DNA of 36,424 nt from IMG/VR virus record IMGVR_UViG_3300046474_000274, positions 1-36,424 of that record; one strand, given 5' to 3'. Below the pieces are notes generated by a model that was not told where the DNA came from, searched no databases, and worked only from the letters and a program-made list of their open reading frames with translations. The stretch comes from a virus (Duplodnaviria > Heunggongvirae > Uroviricota > Caudoviricetes). Below, one piece after another: positions 1 through 10,300 of this stretch (the first letter of the stretch is position 1; each line of letters opens with the position of its first letter). Position numbers and translations under genes: made by a program.

Positions 1-2
1 CG

Positions 3-1793
3 TCTGCTCTCGGCAAGTATCAGATCGTCGGTCAGACGCTCCAGGGTCTCATGGAAGAGATGGGCCTGTCGGGCGACGAGATGTTCGATGAGAAGATGCA
101 GGACCAGATGGCGATGCGTCTGCTCAATCGTCGCCTTGGTTCCGGCGAAGGTCTCGGTGGTCTGCGCAAGGAATGGACTTCGCTCAAGGGCGTTCCCGAT
201 GACGTGATCCAGAAGGCGCTCGACGGCGCTTCCAACGGCCCGACGCGCGAAAAGGCCGCTGGCCTTGCCACGACCAGCGCACCGGCGATGGCTGCGAGCC
301 TCAGCCCGCTTCCGGCCTACCAGCCGACCATCATTGACGCCCAGATCGAGAAGACGGCTGACCTGCGCACCGCGCTCGACGAGGCTGACAAGAAGTATCA
401 GGAGCTCGGCAAGCAGACCAACGACGCCGACCTCGCCGACTGGATCAAGCAGACCTCTACCGAGACGAAGGATCTCGGCAAGAATGCTGAAGACACCGGC
501 AAGCGTTACGACGCCCTGGTTAAGGCCATTACGGGCGGCAAGTTCGGCGATAGCGCGGAAGACAAGAACCCGGAGGCAGCGCGCTACAAGGACGCGATCG
601 CTGCGGCAAAGGAATACGACGCCGTTGCCAAGGATGTCGACGAGAAGAAGAAGCTTCGCACCCAGACGGATCGCGAAGCCGAAAAGCTCGAGCAGGACCG
701 CGTCGAGCTTAACCATCGCCTGTCTGAAGCCCAGAAGAAGGCCGCGAACCCGGACTACATCAAGGACTCGTCTGCCCTTGAAGAGCTGACCAGCCGTCTC
801 GACGCTTATATCGCCAAGACCAAGGAGCTCTACGGCGAAGACAGCGATGCGTATCGCCAGGCGCTACAGACCAAGACCAATATGCTGCGCTCGCAGTCCC
901 AGCTCGACAGCGCCGTCACTCAGACGAAGCTCGAGAAGGAACGCCGCGACACCGAGAACTCGCTGCTCACGACCACGCAGATGCGTGAGAAGGAGATGCA
1001 GCGCAAGATCGCACTCATCGACCAGGCCACGCAGGAAGCGATTGCTGCCGGCGAGGATGAGGTCGAGGCGACCAGGCGTGGCGAAGCCCAGAAGGCGGCT
1101 ATCCGTGCACAGTATGTGCAGGAAATGTCGCCCATGCAGAAGCAGTTCCAGGAGTGGGGCGATCTGCAGGCCAATCTCGCCCAGGGATCTGCCCGCTGGA
1201 TGGACTCGCTTGCGGGTGGCATCTCCGACCTCATCACCGGCACCGGCGACCTGCGCCAGACCCTTCAGGGCATCCTGAAGGACATCGTGAACACGGGCGT
1301 CAAGTATATGATGTCCGGCATGTTCGGGAATAAGTCCGGGGCAGGAGCGGCCGGTGGCAAGAAGGCCGGCGCTGCCGCTGCCGGTGGCAGCAAGAAGGGC
1401 CTGGTTCCGACTGCACACACGGGCGGCATCATCGGCTCGAGCGCTCTTTCGCCGAAGATGGCGCACGCTGCCATGTTCGCCGGCGCTGCGAAGTTCCACA
1501 CGGGCGGCATCATCGAAGGTCTGCTGCCTTCCGAGGTGCCGATCATCGCCAAGAAGGGCGAGGGCGTCTTCACGCCTGAGCAGATGGACGCGATGGGCGG
1601 CTTCTCCCAGAACCAGCAGATCGTCATCTCCTCGCCGATCACCGTCCAGGGAAGCGCCGGCTCGCCGGAACAGAACCAGGATCTCGCAAAGAAGATGGCC
1701 CGTGAATACGAGCAGTCGATGCGCGGCGTGGTCGCTGAAGAGATCCGGAAGCAGACGCGTCCCGGCAATTACATGAACCAGAGGAGCCGCTGA
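3..1793 (+). CDS. Tail tape measure protein, C-terminal part (5'-truncated by window), with an embedded lambda-R-like muramidase motif
   Basis: The frame is open from position 3. Long Ala/Lys/Glu-rich helical protein with C-terminal HTGGII...LLPSEVPIIAKKGEGVF motifs typical of tape measure C-termini, directly upstream of gpM/L/K/I/J-like genes. Confidence 0.85.
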   Translation, partial: SALGKYQIVGQTLQGLMEEMGLSGDEMFDEKMQDQMAMRLLNRRLGSGEGLGGLRKEWTSLKGVPDDVIQKALDGASNGPTREKAAGLATTSAPAMAASLSPLPAYQPTIIDAQIEKTADLRTALDEADKKYQELGKQTNDADLADWIKQTSTETKDLGKNAEDTGKRYDALVKAITGGKFGDSAEDKNPEAARYKDAIAAAKEYDAVAKDVDEKKKLRTQTDREAEKLEQDRVELNHRLSEAQKKAANPDYIKDSSALEELTSRLDAYIAKTKELYGEDSDAYRQALQTKTNMLRSQSQLDSAVTQTKLEKERRDTENSLLTTTQMREKEMQRKIALIDQATQEAIAAGEDEVEATRRGEAQKAAIRAQYVQEMSPMQKQFQEWGDLQANLAQGSARWMDSLAGGISDLITGTGDLRQTLQGILKDIVNTGVKYMMSGMFGNKSGAGAAGGKKAGAAAAGGSKKGLVPTAHTGGIIGSSALSPKMAHAAMFAGAAKFHTGGIIEGLLPSEVPIIAKKGEGVFTPEQMDAMGGFSQNQQIVISSPITVQGSAGSPEQNQDLAKKMAREYEQSMRGVVAEEIRKQTRPGNYMNQRSR

Positions 1794-2146
1794 TGCCGCT
1801 GCCGACTTTCGTTCCGCCCGTCGGTCCCTCGCCGGGCACCTCTCACAAGCCGACCGTCAACCTTTGGGAGTCGGAGTTCGGCGACGGATACAGCCAGACC
1901 ATGCCGAAGGGCATCAACCACATCAGGAAGACCTCTTCGCTGAAGTGGGAGGCGCTGACCTATGACCAGATGCGCGAGATTGTCGATTTCTTCGAGGACC
2001 AGCAGGGCTCCAAGGCTTTCTGGTTCAAGCCGTTCGGCGAACCGGTTCGCGTGAAGTGGACCTGCAAGGAATGGGATTACGTCACGAACGGGGGCATTTG
2101 GACCGTCTCGGCAAACCTCGTCCAGAGCCATACGACGGAATTGTAA
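1793..2146 (+). CDS. Minor tail / distal tail protein (lambda gpM-like)
   Basis: 117 aa; EFGDGYSQ...GIN...FFEDQQGSKAFWF motifs; TGATG overlap with the tape measure stop. Confidence 0.85.
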   Translation: MPLPTFVPPVGPSPGTSHKPTVNLWESEFGDGYSQTMPKGINHIRKTSSLKWEALTYDQMREIVDFFEDQQGSKAFWFKPFGEPVRVKWTCKEWDYVTNGGIWTVSANLVQSHTTEL

Positions 2147-2165
2147 GTGTTTCCTTATCTAGGGC

Positions 2166-2194
2166 TTGCAAGTAAGTAAGCACTTACTTACAAT
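2166..2194 (+). promoter_or_regulatory. Sigma70-type promoter with an 18-bp palindromic operator between and overlapping its elements
   Basis: TTGCAA (2166-2171)-N17-TACAAT (2189-2194); TAAGTAAG-CA-CTTACTTA at 2173-2190. Confidence 0.75.
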
Positions 2195-2217
2195 TGGGCT
2201 TCAATTAAGAGGCCCGA

Positions 2218-2925
2218 ATGTCCGTTCAGTCTGAAGCTCAGTCGCTTTCGCCGTCTGCCATCATCTCGCTGTTCACCATCGACGCTTCGCCGATGGGCGG
2301 CCCGCTGATGTATTTCGTGCAGGGCTCCGAGAACGACGGCCCCGTCGTCTTCAACAGCATCAGCTACCAGCCGGTCGACGTTCAGTTCGAGGGCCTCGAA
2401 ACGTCCGGCGCCGGCGCTCTGCCGCAGCCGAAGATCCGCATCTCCAACGTCGACGGCATGGCCCAGGCTCTCGTCTCGACCTATGGCGAACTGCTCGGCT
2501 GCACGCTCTATCGCGTCCGCACCTACAAGCGCTTCCTCGACAACCAGCCCGACGCTGACCCCGAAGCCTTCTACGGCCCCGACATCTTCCGCTTCGAGCG
2601 CAAGACCTCGGAGAACGGCGTCTTCATCGAGTGGGATCTGTCCGCGTCGATCGACCAGGAAGGCAAGACGCTGCCTGGCCGCACGGTCATCCGCAACACC
2701 TGCCTGTGGCGCTACCGCTACTTCAACCTCCAGACCGGCACCTTCGACTACTCGAAGGCGCAGTGCCCTTACACGGGCGGCCGGTATTTCGACATCAACG
2801 ATGCAGAAGTCAGCGACCCGTCCAAGGACATGCCGTCGCGCCGGCTGAACTGCTGCCGCACCCGCTTCGGTCGCGGCAATCCGCTGCCCTTCGGCGGCTT
2901 CCCTGGCGTCCAGAGGATCTCCTGA
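2218..2925 (+). CDS. Minor tail protein L (lambda gpL-like)
   Basis: 235 aa; C-terminal Cys cluster (TCLWRY, QCPYTG, NCCRTRF) and terminal LPFGGFPG motif characteristic of gpL. Confidence 0.9.
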   Translation: MSVQSEAQSLSPSAIISLFTIDASPMGGPLMYFVQGSENDGPVVFNSISYQPVDVQFEGLETSGAGALPQPKIRISNVDGMAQALVSTYGELLGCTLYRVRTYKRFLDNQPDADPEAFYGPDIFRFERKTSENGVFIEWDLSASIDQEGKTLPGRTVIRNTCLWRYRYFNLQTGTFDYSKAQCPYTGGRYFDINDAEVSDPSKDMPSRRLNCCRTRFGRGNPLPFGGFPGVQRIS

Positions 2926-2926
2926 C

Positions 2927-3709
2927 ATGATGAAGTTTGCACTCGCTTTCGAGGATGCGAAGGCGCACGCGCGTCGGGTCTATCCCGAGGAAAGCTGCGG
3001 CCTGATCGTCGCCGGCAAGTATATCGCCTGCGAGAACTTCGCCGACGATCCGGCCACCCACGTCGACGATCCGAATTGCTCCTGCCGGAAGTGCTCGTTC
3101 GAAATCTCGCCTGCTGTCTACGTCAGCCATGGCGATGACATCGATATGGTTGTGCATTCGCATCCGGACGGCCCCTTCTACCCGTCGAAGGCCGACATGG
3201 AATGCCAGGTCCAGACCGGCAAGCCCTGGGCAATCATCACCCTCGACGAGGAACGCGCCGCTGAAAAGCCGGTAATCTGGGGCGGTGACATTCCGGAGCT
3301 GCTCGGCCGTCAGTTCATGCACGGCGTCACCGACTGCTATGCGGTGATCAAGGATGCCTATGCGCTCGGCAAGGTCGAGCTCGAAAAGCAGGGCATTCCC
3401 GGCTGGCCTTACGACCCGATCACGCTGCCTGAATTCCCGCGCAGCGATGCCTGGTGGGAAGGCGCCGAGGATCTCTACATCGATAACTTCGCCAAGGCCG
3501 GCTTCGTGGAGACCACGGACGCGCCGAAGCCCGGCGATGTCTTCCTGATGAAGATCCGCTCCTCGAAGGAGAACCACGGCGGGATCCTCGTCGGTAACGA
3601 CCTCATCGTCCATCACCTGCCGTCGCGCATGTCGCGCCGCGAACCTGCTGGGCTCTGGGGCCGGCAGTCAACGCGCTGGCTTCGCTACAAGGGGAACGCC
3701 GATGCGTAA
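2927..3709 (+). CDS. Tail assembly protein K (JAB/MPN plus NlpC/P60 domains)
   Basis: EESCGLI, VVHSHPDG...PSKAD (JAB) and GVTDCY...NHGGILVG...IVHH (NlpC/P60); lies between L and I. Confidence 0.9.
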   Translation: MMKFALAFEDAKAHARRVYPEESCGLIVAGKYIACENFADDPATHVDDPNCSCRKCSFEISPAVYVSHGDDIDMVVHSHPDGPFYPSKADMECQVQTGKPWAIITLDEERAAEKPVIWGGDIPELLGRQFMHGVTDCYAVIKDAYALGKVELEKQGIPGWPYDPITLPEFPRSDAWWEGAEDLYIDNFAKAGFVETTDAPKPGDVFLMKIRSSKENHGGILVGNDLIVHHLPSRMSRREPAGLWGRQSTRWLRYKGNADA

Positions 3710-4358
3710 GGTCATCCTGCACGGCTCGCTCGGCGACAAGTATGGCAAGGAATTTAGCCTCGACGTTCGCACGGCCGGCGAGGCTGTCCGCGCACTCGCT
3801 GCCAACTTCCCGATGTTCATGAAGGATCTGCGTGAAGGCGCCTGGCATGTCGTCCGCGGCAAGAAGGTCGATAGCGGTCTCGCGCTCGATGAAAACCAGA
3901 TCAGCGGTTTGCGCCTGGGCAAGGGTGACCTGCATATCGCGCCCTTTATTGCCGGCTCCAAGCGCGGCGGGCTGCTCAAGGTCGTTCTCGGCGTCGTGCT
4001 CATCGGCGCAGCCTTCGCGTTCACGGGCGGCGCGCTGGCGGGCGCGATCGGCGCCGGCACTGCAATGGGCTCTCTCGGCATCACCGGCACCCAGGTCGCG
4101 CTCTTTGGCGCAGCCGTGGCCCTTGCCGGCGTCTCCTCGCTGCTGGCGCCCGAAGAGAAGGCCAAGGAAGAGGACGGCTCGCAGTCGTTCACCATGACCG
4201 GGCCTGGGAACACCTCCGACCAGGGCGCTCCGGTCCCTCTCGTCTACGGCGAGGTCATCACGGGCGGCGTGCTCATTTCGGGCGGCATCGACATCGAGCA
4301 GATCGCGGTCACCGGCGACGGTGGTGGATCTGTCGGTGGTGGAGGGAGCAAGAAGTGA
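3702..4358 (+). CDS. Tail assembly protein I (lambda gpI-like)
   Basis: N-terminal ubiquitin-like segment (LHGSLGDKYG...TAGEAVRAL), Gly/Ala-rich hydrophobic middle, C-terminal GAPVPLVYGEV motif. Confidence 0.88.
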   Translation: MRKVILHGSLGDKYGKEFSLDVRTAGEAVRALAANFPMFMKDLREGAWHVVRGKKVDSGLALDENQISGLRLGKGDLHIAPFIAGSKRGGLLKVVLGVVLIGAAFAFTGGALAGAIGAGTAMGSLGITGTQVALFGAAVALAGVSSLLAPEEKAKEEDGSQSFTMTGPGNTSDQGAPVPLVYGEVITGGVLISGGIDIEQIAVTGDGGGSVGGGGSKK

Positions 4359-7300
4359 TCCAGTTCCGCTCCCACGGCGACACCGCGCTCGCGACCCATG
4401 AAATCGTCAATGCCCAGCCGGCCCGCGTTCGCGGCTTCAAGGGCAGCAGCAAGGGCGGCTCGAGCGGCGCAGTGTCGAACGACGGCAATACGCTGCGTTC
4501 TCGCGCCAACTTCCGGCTTGTCGAAGCCGTCTCCGAAGGCCCGATCTGGGGTCTCGTCGATGGCCACAAGTCGATCTACTTCGACCAGACGCCGCTCCTC
4601 AACGACGACGGCACCTATAACTTCAAGAACCTCTCGATCATCGCGCACAAGGGGCTGCCTGACGAAGGCTACTTCAACGGTCACACGGCCGTCGAGACCC
4701 CGGTCAATGTCGAAGTCCAGGTCAAGAATTCGCTCGGCCCGACGGTGCGCACCATTGTCGATGAGAACGTCGACGCCGTGCGCGTCATCATGCGCATTCC
4801 TTCCCTCGTTCACCAGGACGACAAGGGCGGCCTGAAGAAGACCTCGGTCGCCTACGCGATCGATGTGCGCGCCAATAATGGTGGATGGCAGCAGGTCATC
4901 GTCAACGACCTCGCCAACCAGAAGACTCTCTCGCCGGTCCAGATCGATCATCGCGTTCCCCTGCCGCTGAATGGCGCGCCCTGGGACGTGCGCGTGCGCC
5001 GTCTGACGGCCGACTCCACCGACGACAAGCTTCAGAACGATACCTATTGGGAGGGCTACGTCGAGCTGGTCGAAGGCAAGTTCATCTATCCGAACACGGC
5101 TGCCTTCGCGATCTCCGGCACGGCCGAGCAGATGGGGTCGAACATCCCTCCGCGGTCCTATCATGTCCGCGGCCTGCTGGTGAACGTTCCGTCGAACTAC
5201 GATCCTTTCACGCGCCAGTATACCGGCATCTGGGACGGCACTTTCAAGATTGCCTGGACGAACAATCCGGCCTGGGTCTTCTACGATCTGCTGGTCAATG
5301 ACCGCTACGGCCTCGGCGAGTTCATCAAGCCTGATATCGTAGACAAGTGGTCGCTCTACACCATCGCGCAGTATTGCGATCAGCTCGTCAAGTCCGGCTT
5401 CAAGAACGGCGATACGGGCGCTGATCTCTACGAGCCCCGCTACACCTTCAACGGCGTCATCAATACCAAGGATGAAGCCTTCTTCGTGCTGCAGTCGATC
5501 ACGAAGGCATGGCGCGGCATGGGCTATTGGGCATTGGGCCAGGTCTTTGCGACCGCGGACATGCCGCAGGATCCTGTGCGCCTGGTCACGCCGGCAAACG
5601 TCATCGGCGGGGACTTCGAATACGGCGGGACGGCGCTCAAGGCCCGGCACTCCGTCATCATGGTCAAGTGGAACAATCCGGACGACTTCTATCGCCCGGA
5701 CACCGAAGTCGTCATCGATAGCGAGCTCCTGCACAAGTATGACTGGCGTGACAAGACGCTCCAGCTCACCGGCTGCACCTCGCGCGGCCTCGCGCACCGC
5801 TATGGCAAGTGGGTTATCGACACCGAGCAGCATGAGACTGACACGCTCACCTATCAGGCGAGCTGGGATCATGCCGAGCTGCGGCCTGGCGAAATCATCG
5901 CTGTCTCTAACCCTCGCAAGGCGCTGATCCGCGCGGGCGGCCGCGTTGTCGAGCACAATGGCCTGACGGTCACCCTGGACGATGACTTCGAATACACCGA
6001 GGGCGAAACCTATCAGCTCATGCTGACGCTGCCTTCGGGCCAGGTTGAGACCAAGCCGATCCTGGCGTTCCTGGATGCCCGCACCATTCGTCTCTCCTCG
6101 GCTTTTTCCGCCGAAGCCGAGCCGGACGCGATGTGGACGATCAAGGGCACCGACATCACGCCGCGCCTCTACCGCGTCATCTCGGTCGATGAAACCGACA
6201 CCAACATCTTCAAGATCACGGCCCTGTTCCACGATCCGCAGAAGTATGCGCGCATCGAAAAGGACATCGTGTTCGAACCGTTGCCGTATGACCGGCCGGA
6301 CAAGAAGGCAGTTCCGCCGACGAACCTGCTCGTGCGCGAGACCGGCTACGTTACGGGCGGCCAGACTTTCCATTCGCTGACGGTCTCCTGGAGCCCGCCT
6401 CCGAATACGCTGTTGCGTGGCTTCATCGTCGCCGTCGACGCGCCGGATGGTGAAAGCTTCGTCATTGGCTCGACCAACGAAACCTTCATGGAGCTGCTCA
6501 CCACGAAGGGCGGCACCTACAAGTTCTACGTCCAGACGATCACCTATACCGGCCTGACTTCGGAACCGGCGACCATCGAATTCGAGGCTGCCGGTCCGGA
6601 AGGCTATCCTGTTCCGACCGTGACGGATCTCGAGTTGGTCGATGATCCGACGACCGCGAACTTCACCGGCACGGATCTCAGGGTTCGCTGGAAGAACAAC
6701 TTCGCCCTGTCGGCTGCTGGCGCCCTCGAGCACGTCGCATCGCCGCACTACAGCCACAACACGGTCAATGTCTATCACAATGGCACCGGCGCGCTGCTGC
6801 GCACCGAGCGCGTCACCGCGGAGAGCTATACCTACGACCTGGCGTCGAACCGCGCCGATTGCGTCAAGCTGGGCTACGCTACCCCGACCCGCGCCATCCG
6901 CATCGAGGTCACTGTAACCGATGTGTTCGCCCGCACCTCGCATGAGGTCGACCGGGTGTTCACCAACCCGGTCCCGCAGGCGCTCGCTCCGAGCTACACC
7001 GTCACGGCGTCCACGATCTATCTCGGCTTCAGCCAGCCGACCGATCCCGACTATGCCGGTTACGTGCTTCTGCGCTCCGAGGTTGCCGGCATCGATCTGA
7101 CCGACGATCCCTATTACGACGGCCAGGCCAACCCGCTGACCATTCCCGGCGAGCCGAACACGACCTATTACTTCCGCATTGCCGCCTACGACGCCTTCGG
7201 CAGGACGGGCCTGAACTGGTCGACCGAGTTCGAAATCAGCACCCATTCCGATAGCGTCGACTTCGAGCCGCCTGCAGTTCCGACGGGCCTTGCTGCCACT

Positions 7301-10300
7301 TCGGTCATTCGCGGCGACGGAATGGTCGATGTGACCTACACCTGGGACGCCAACACCGAAGGCGACCTGATGGGCTACGTCGTCCAGATCAAGGAAGGCA
7401 TGGGCAACTATGTCGGCTTCTCGGCGCCGTCGCCGGCCCTCAAGGTCACGGTGCTGCCGAGCACGCTGCTGACCGCCCAGGTGCTTGCCTACGACACCAG
7501 CGGCAATAGGTCGAACTTCAGCGATCCTCCGCTCGTCTACACGGCAAGCCGGGACGAGCTGCCGCCCGCTGTGCCTTCGAACTGGACCGCAAAGGGCGGC
7601 TTCGGTCTCGTCGTGCTGTCTGGCGATCCGAATACCGAACTGGATTTCTCCCATTACGAGATCTACCAGAGCACGACTGACACCACGCCTGACGCCTCAG
7701 AGCCCGCTACGCTCGTCGCCAGCAGCAACCAGTTCTTCGTCACCGACCTCGATGACGAGCTGACGCTCTATTTCTGGCTGCGTTCCGTCGATGGCAGCGG
7801 CAACAAGTCGGACTGGTCCGATAGCCTGGTCGCAACCACGGTCTCCTCCAACGTCCTGCTTACCACCGAGGCTCTCGAGGGTCTGATCGACCGGACGAGC
7901 TTTGCGACCTCGATCGAGCCGCCTGGCATTGGCAACACCCTGCCGGCGCTTCCCTTCACCTCGGCTACGCCCAAGCAGTTCTTCCTCACGACCGACGGGA
8001 AGATGTATATCCAGAAGGTCGACGGTTCCGGCTGGGTGCTGACCACCTCGACCACGATCCTCGACGGCAAGATTGTCACCGGTCAGATTGCGGCCGGCGC
8101 GATCGGCGCGGATCAGATCGCCGCGGGCGCCATCACCACCAAGAACCTGTCCGTTCGCGATTTCACGATCCTTGCGGACAATGCAGACATGCAGCTCGGC
8201 GCTGCAGTCGGCTGGGCGGGTGGCGCAAGCCGCATCATCCAGGACGCTACGAATGCCTATCCGGGCCAGACCTGGGTCGCGGCACTGACCGGCACTGGCA
8301 CCTTCGTCGTGACCAACGTGCTCGAGGTGCCGTGCGTCGCTGGCGAACGCTTCTATCTCTCCGCGGCCGTCAAGACCGTCGGCGATGCCGGCTCCGGCCG
8401 CAAGGGTGTCCGCGCTCAGTTCATCGACAAGGACGGCAATCTGCTGACGCCCGGCACGGCCGACACCACTGGCAATCCCACGGCCTGGACTGCTGTTGCG
8501 GGCTTTGCGACCGCGCCCGCCGACACGGCCAAGGTTCGCCTCGAGCTTATCAACTACAACAACGTCGGCGGAACCACCTATGTCGCGAACCCGCGCCTGA
8601 TGCGCGCGGCCGCGGTTCTGATTGAGCCGAACGGCATCACGGCCGACAAGCTGACCACGGGCGAACTGATCACGCTGTCTGCGCAGATCAAGGATGCCAT
8701 CATCACGAGTGCCAAGGTGCTCGATCTTGATGCTGCCAAGATCAGGGCTGGCACCATCATGGCCGGGACCATCACGGTCAACGGTTCGCAGCTCGGCATC
8801 ATCAAGAACAATGCGGAGCTCGGCGCGTCCGACCCCGCAACCCGTATCAACACGGGCACGACGACGATCAACGGCGGAAAGGTCACGATCTCCAACACCG
8901 GCGTCCTGAGCAATTGGGCAATGGGTGGCGACTCGACCGAGATCAACGGTGGCGCCGTCGCGGCAAACACCCTGACGGCCAACAAGCTGACGATCGGCCA
9001 GCGCGGCATCAACCTGGAGAACGTCCAGTTCTCTTATGACAAGGCGACGAACATCGTCTCGTGGACGGCCGGCGTGTTGCGCTACACCCGCACCAACGCG
9101 ACGACGCTCCAGCCGGAAGTCGGCTTCGTCAACATCCTGGCCGGCAACGCTACGTGGACCACGGGCCGCCTCTACGTCTATTGGGATAAGGGCGCGACCG
9201 ACCCTGCCAACGGCGCCAGCGTCACGCTGCTTGCCAGCAACGTCGTCGCAACGGCCAACGGCGACAACAAGCTCGTGCTCGCGACCTATGGTGGTGGCAC
9301 GATGTTTGTCGCCAACTATGGTCAGACGATCATCGACGGTGGCACCATCCGCACGCAGTCGATCGACACCCAGCAGCTCAAGGCGAACGCTATCACGGCC
9401 TCGCTGATTGCTTCCGATGCGATCGACACGCGTCACCTGAAGTCGCAGATCATCACCGCAAAGCAGATGGTCATGTATGACGCCCAGAATTGGGTCGCAA
9501 ATGGCGAGTTCGAGGAGAGCGACACCGAGGCGACGTGGACGTTTGGCGGCAGCAACATTTCGCCTCTGTTCGGCGGCCTTGATACGAACAGCATGTTCTA
9601 CCTGTCGACGGAAGGCTCGCAGACCGGCCGCTACGTTTTGGCGCTCGATCGCAAGAGCGCCTCGTATGGCACGAACCTCAACGTCAACATGAAGAACAAG
9701 TTTCAGGTGACCTCGGGATCGACCCTGACGGTCAGCGTTGCCTTTGGCTCGCTGAACGCAGCAAGCAGCGCGGGCTTCTACATCACGCTCTACTGGTATG
9801 ACTCCGACGGCGTGCAGACGACCAGCACGTTCCTCTGGAACAACAGCTCCATCCCGGCCACGATCGCCGAGCAGACGAAGAAGGTCGTCGTGCCGGCTGG
9901 CGCCACTTATTGCCATCTGCGCATCACCCACGGCGCGGGCTCGACCGAACCGGTCATTTACGTCGACCGCGTTTCGGTTCGTAAGGCCAACGCTGCCAGC
10001 CTTATCGTGGACGGCGGCATCAAGGCCAACCACATCGATGTCGACGACCTGAGCGCCTTGAACATCAAGGTGCACAACATCGACATTGACGAAGGCACGA
10101 TCGGCGGGGAGAAGCTCACCAACGGTGCGATCTCCGAGGTCTATGTCGATAGCTCTGGATCGTCGATCTACCTTAACGGCTCATCGAACATCCTCGTTCG
10201 CAACATCGCCGTTAAGGCGACTGAGCGGCTCCTGTTCACCGGTTTCTGGAACATCCGGAGCTTCATCAACTACGACAGCGAAATCACCTGGTTTGGCTAT

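Noticed and set aside
4244-10075. Very long minus-strand ORFs (1136 aa, 792 aa) opposite gpJ
   Set aside because: Antisense shadows of a GC-biased coding strand; no motifs, no start signals, fully overlapping a well-supported gene.
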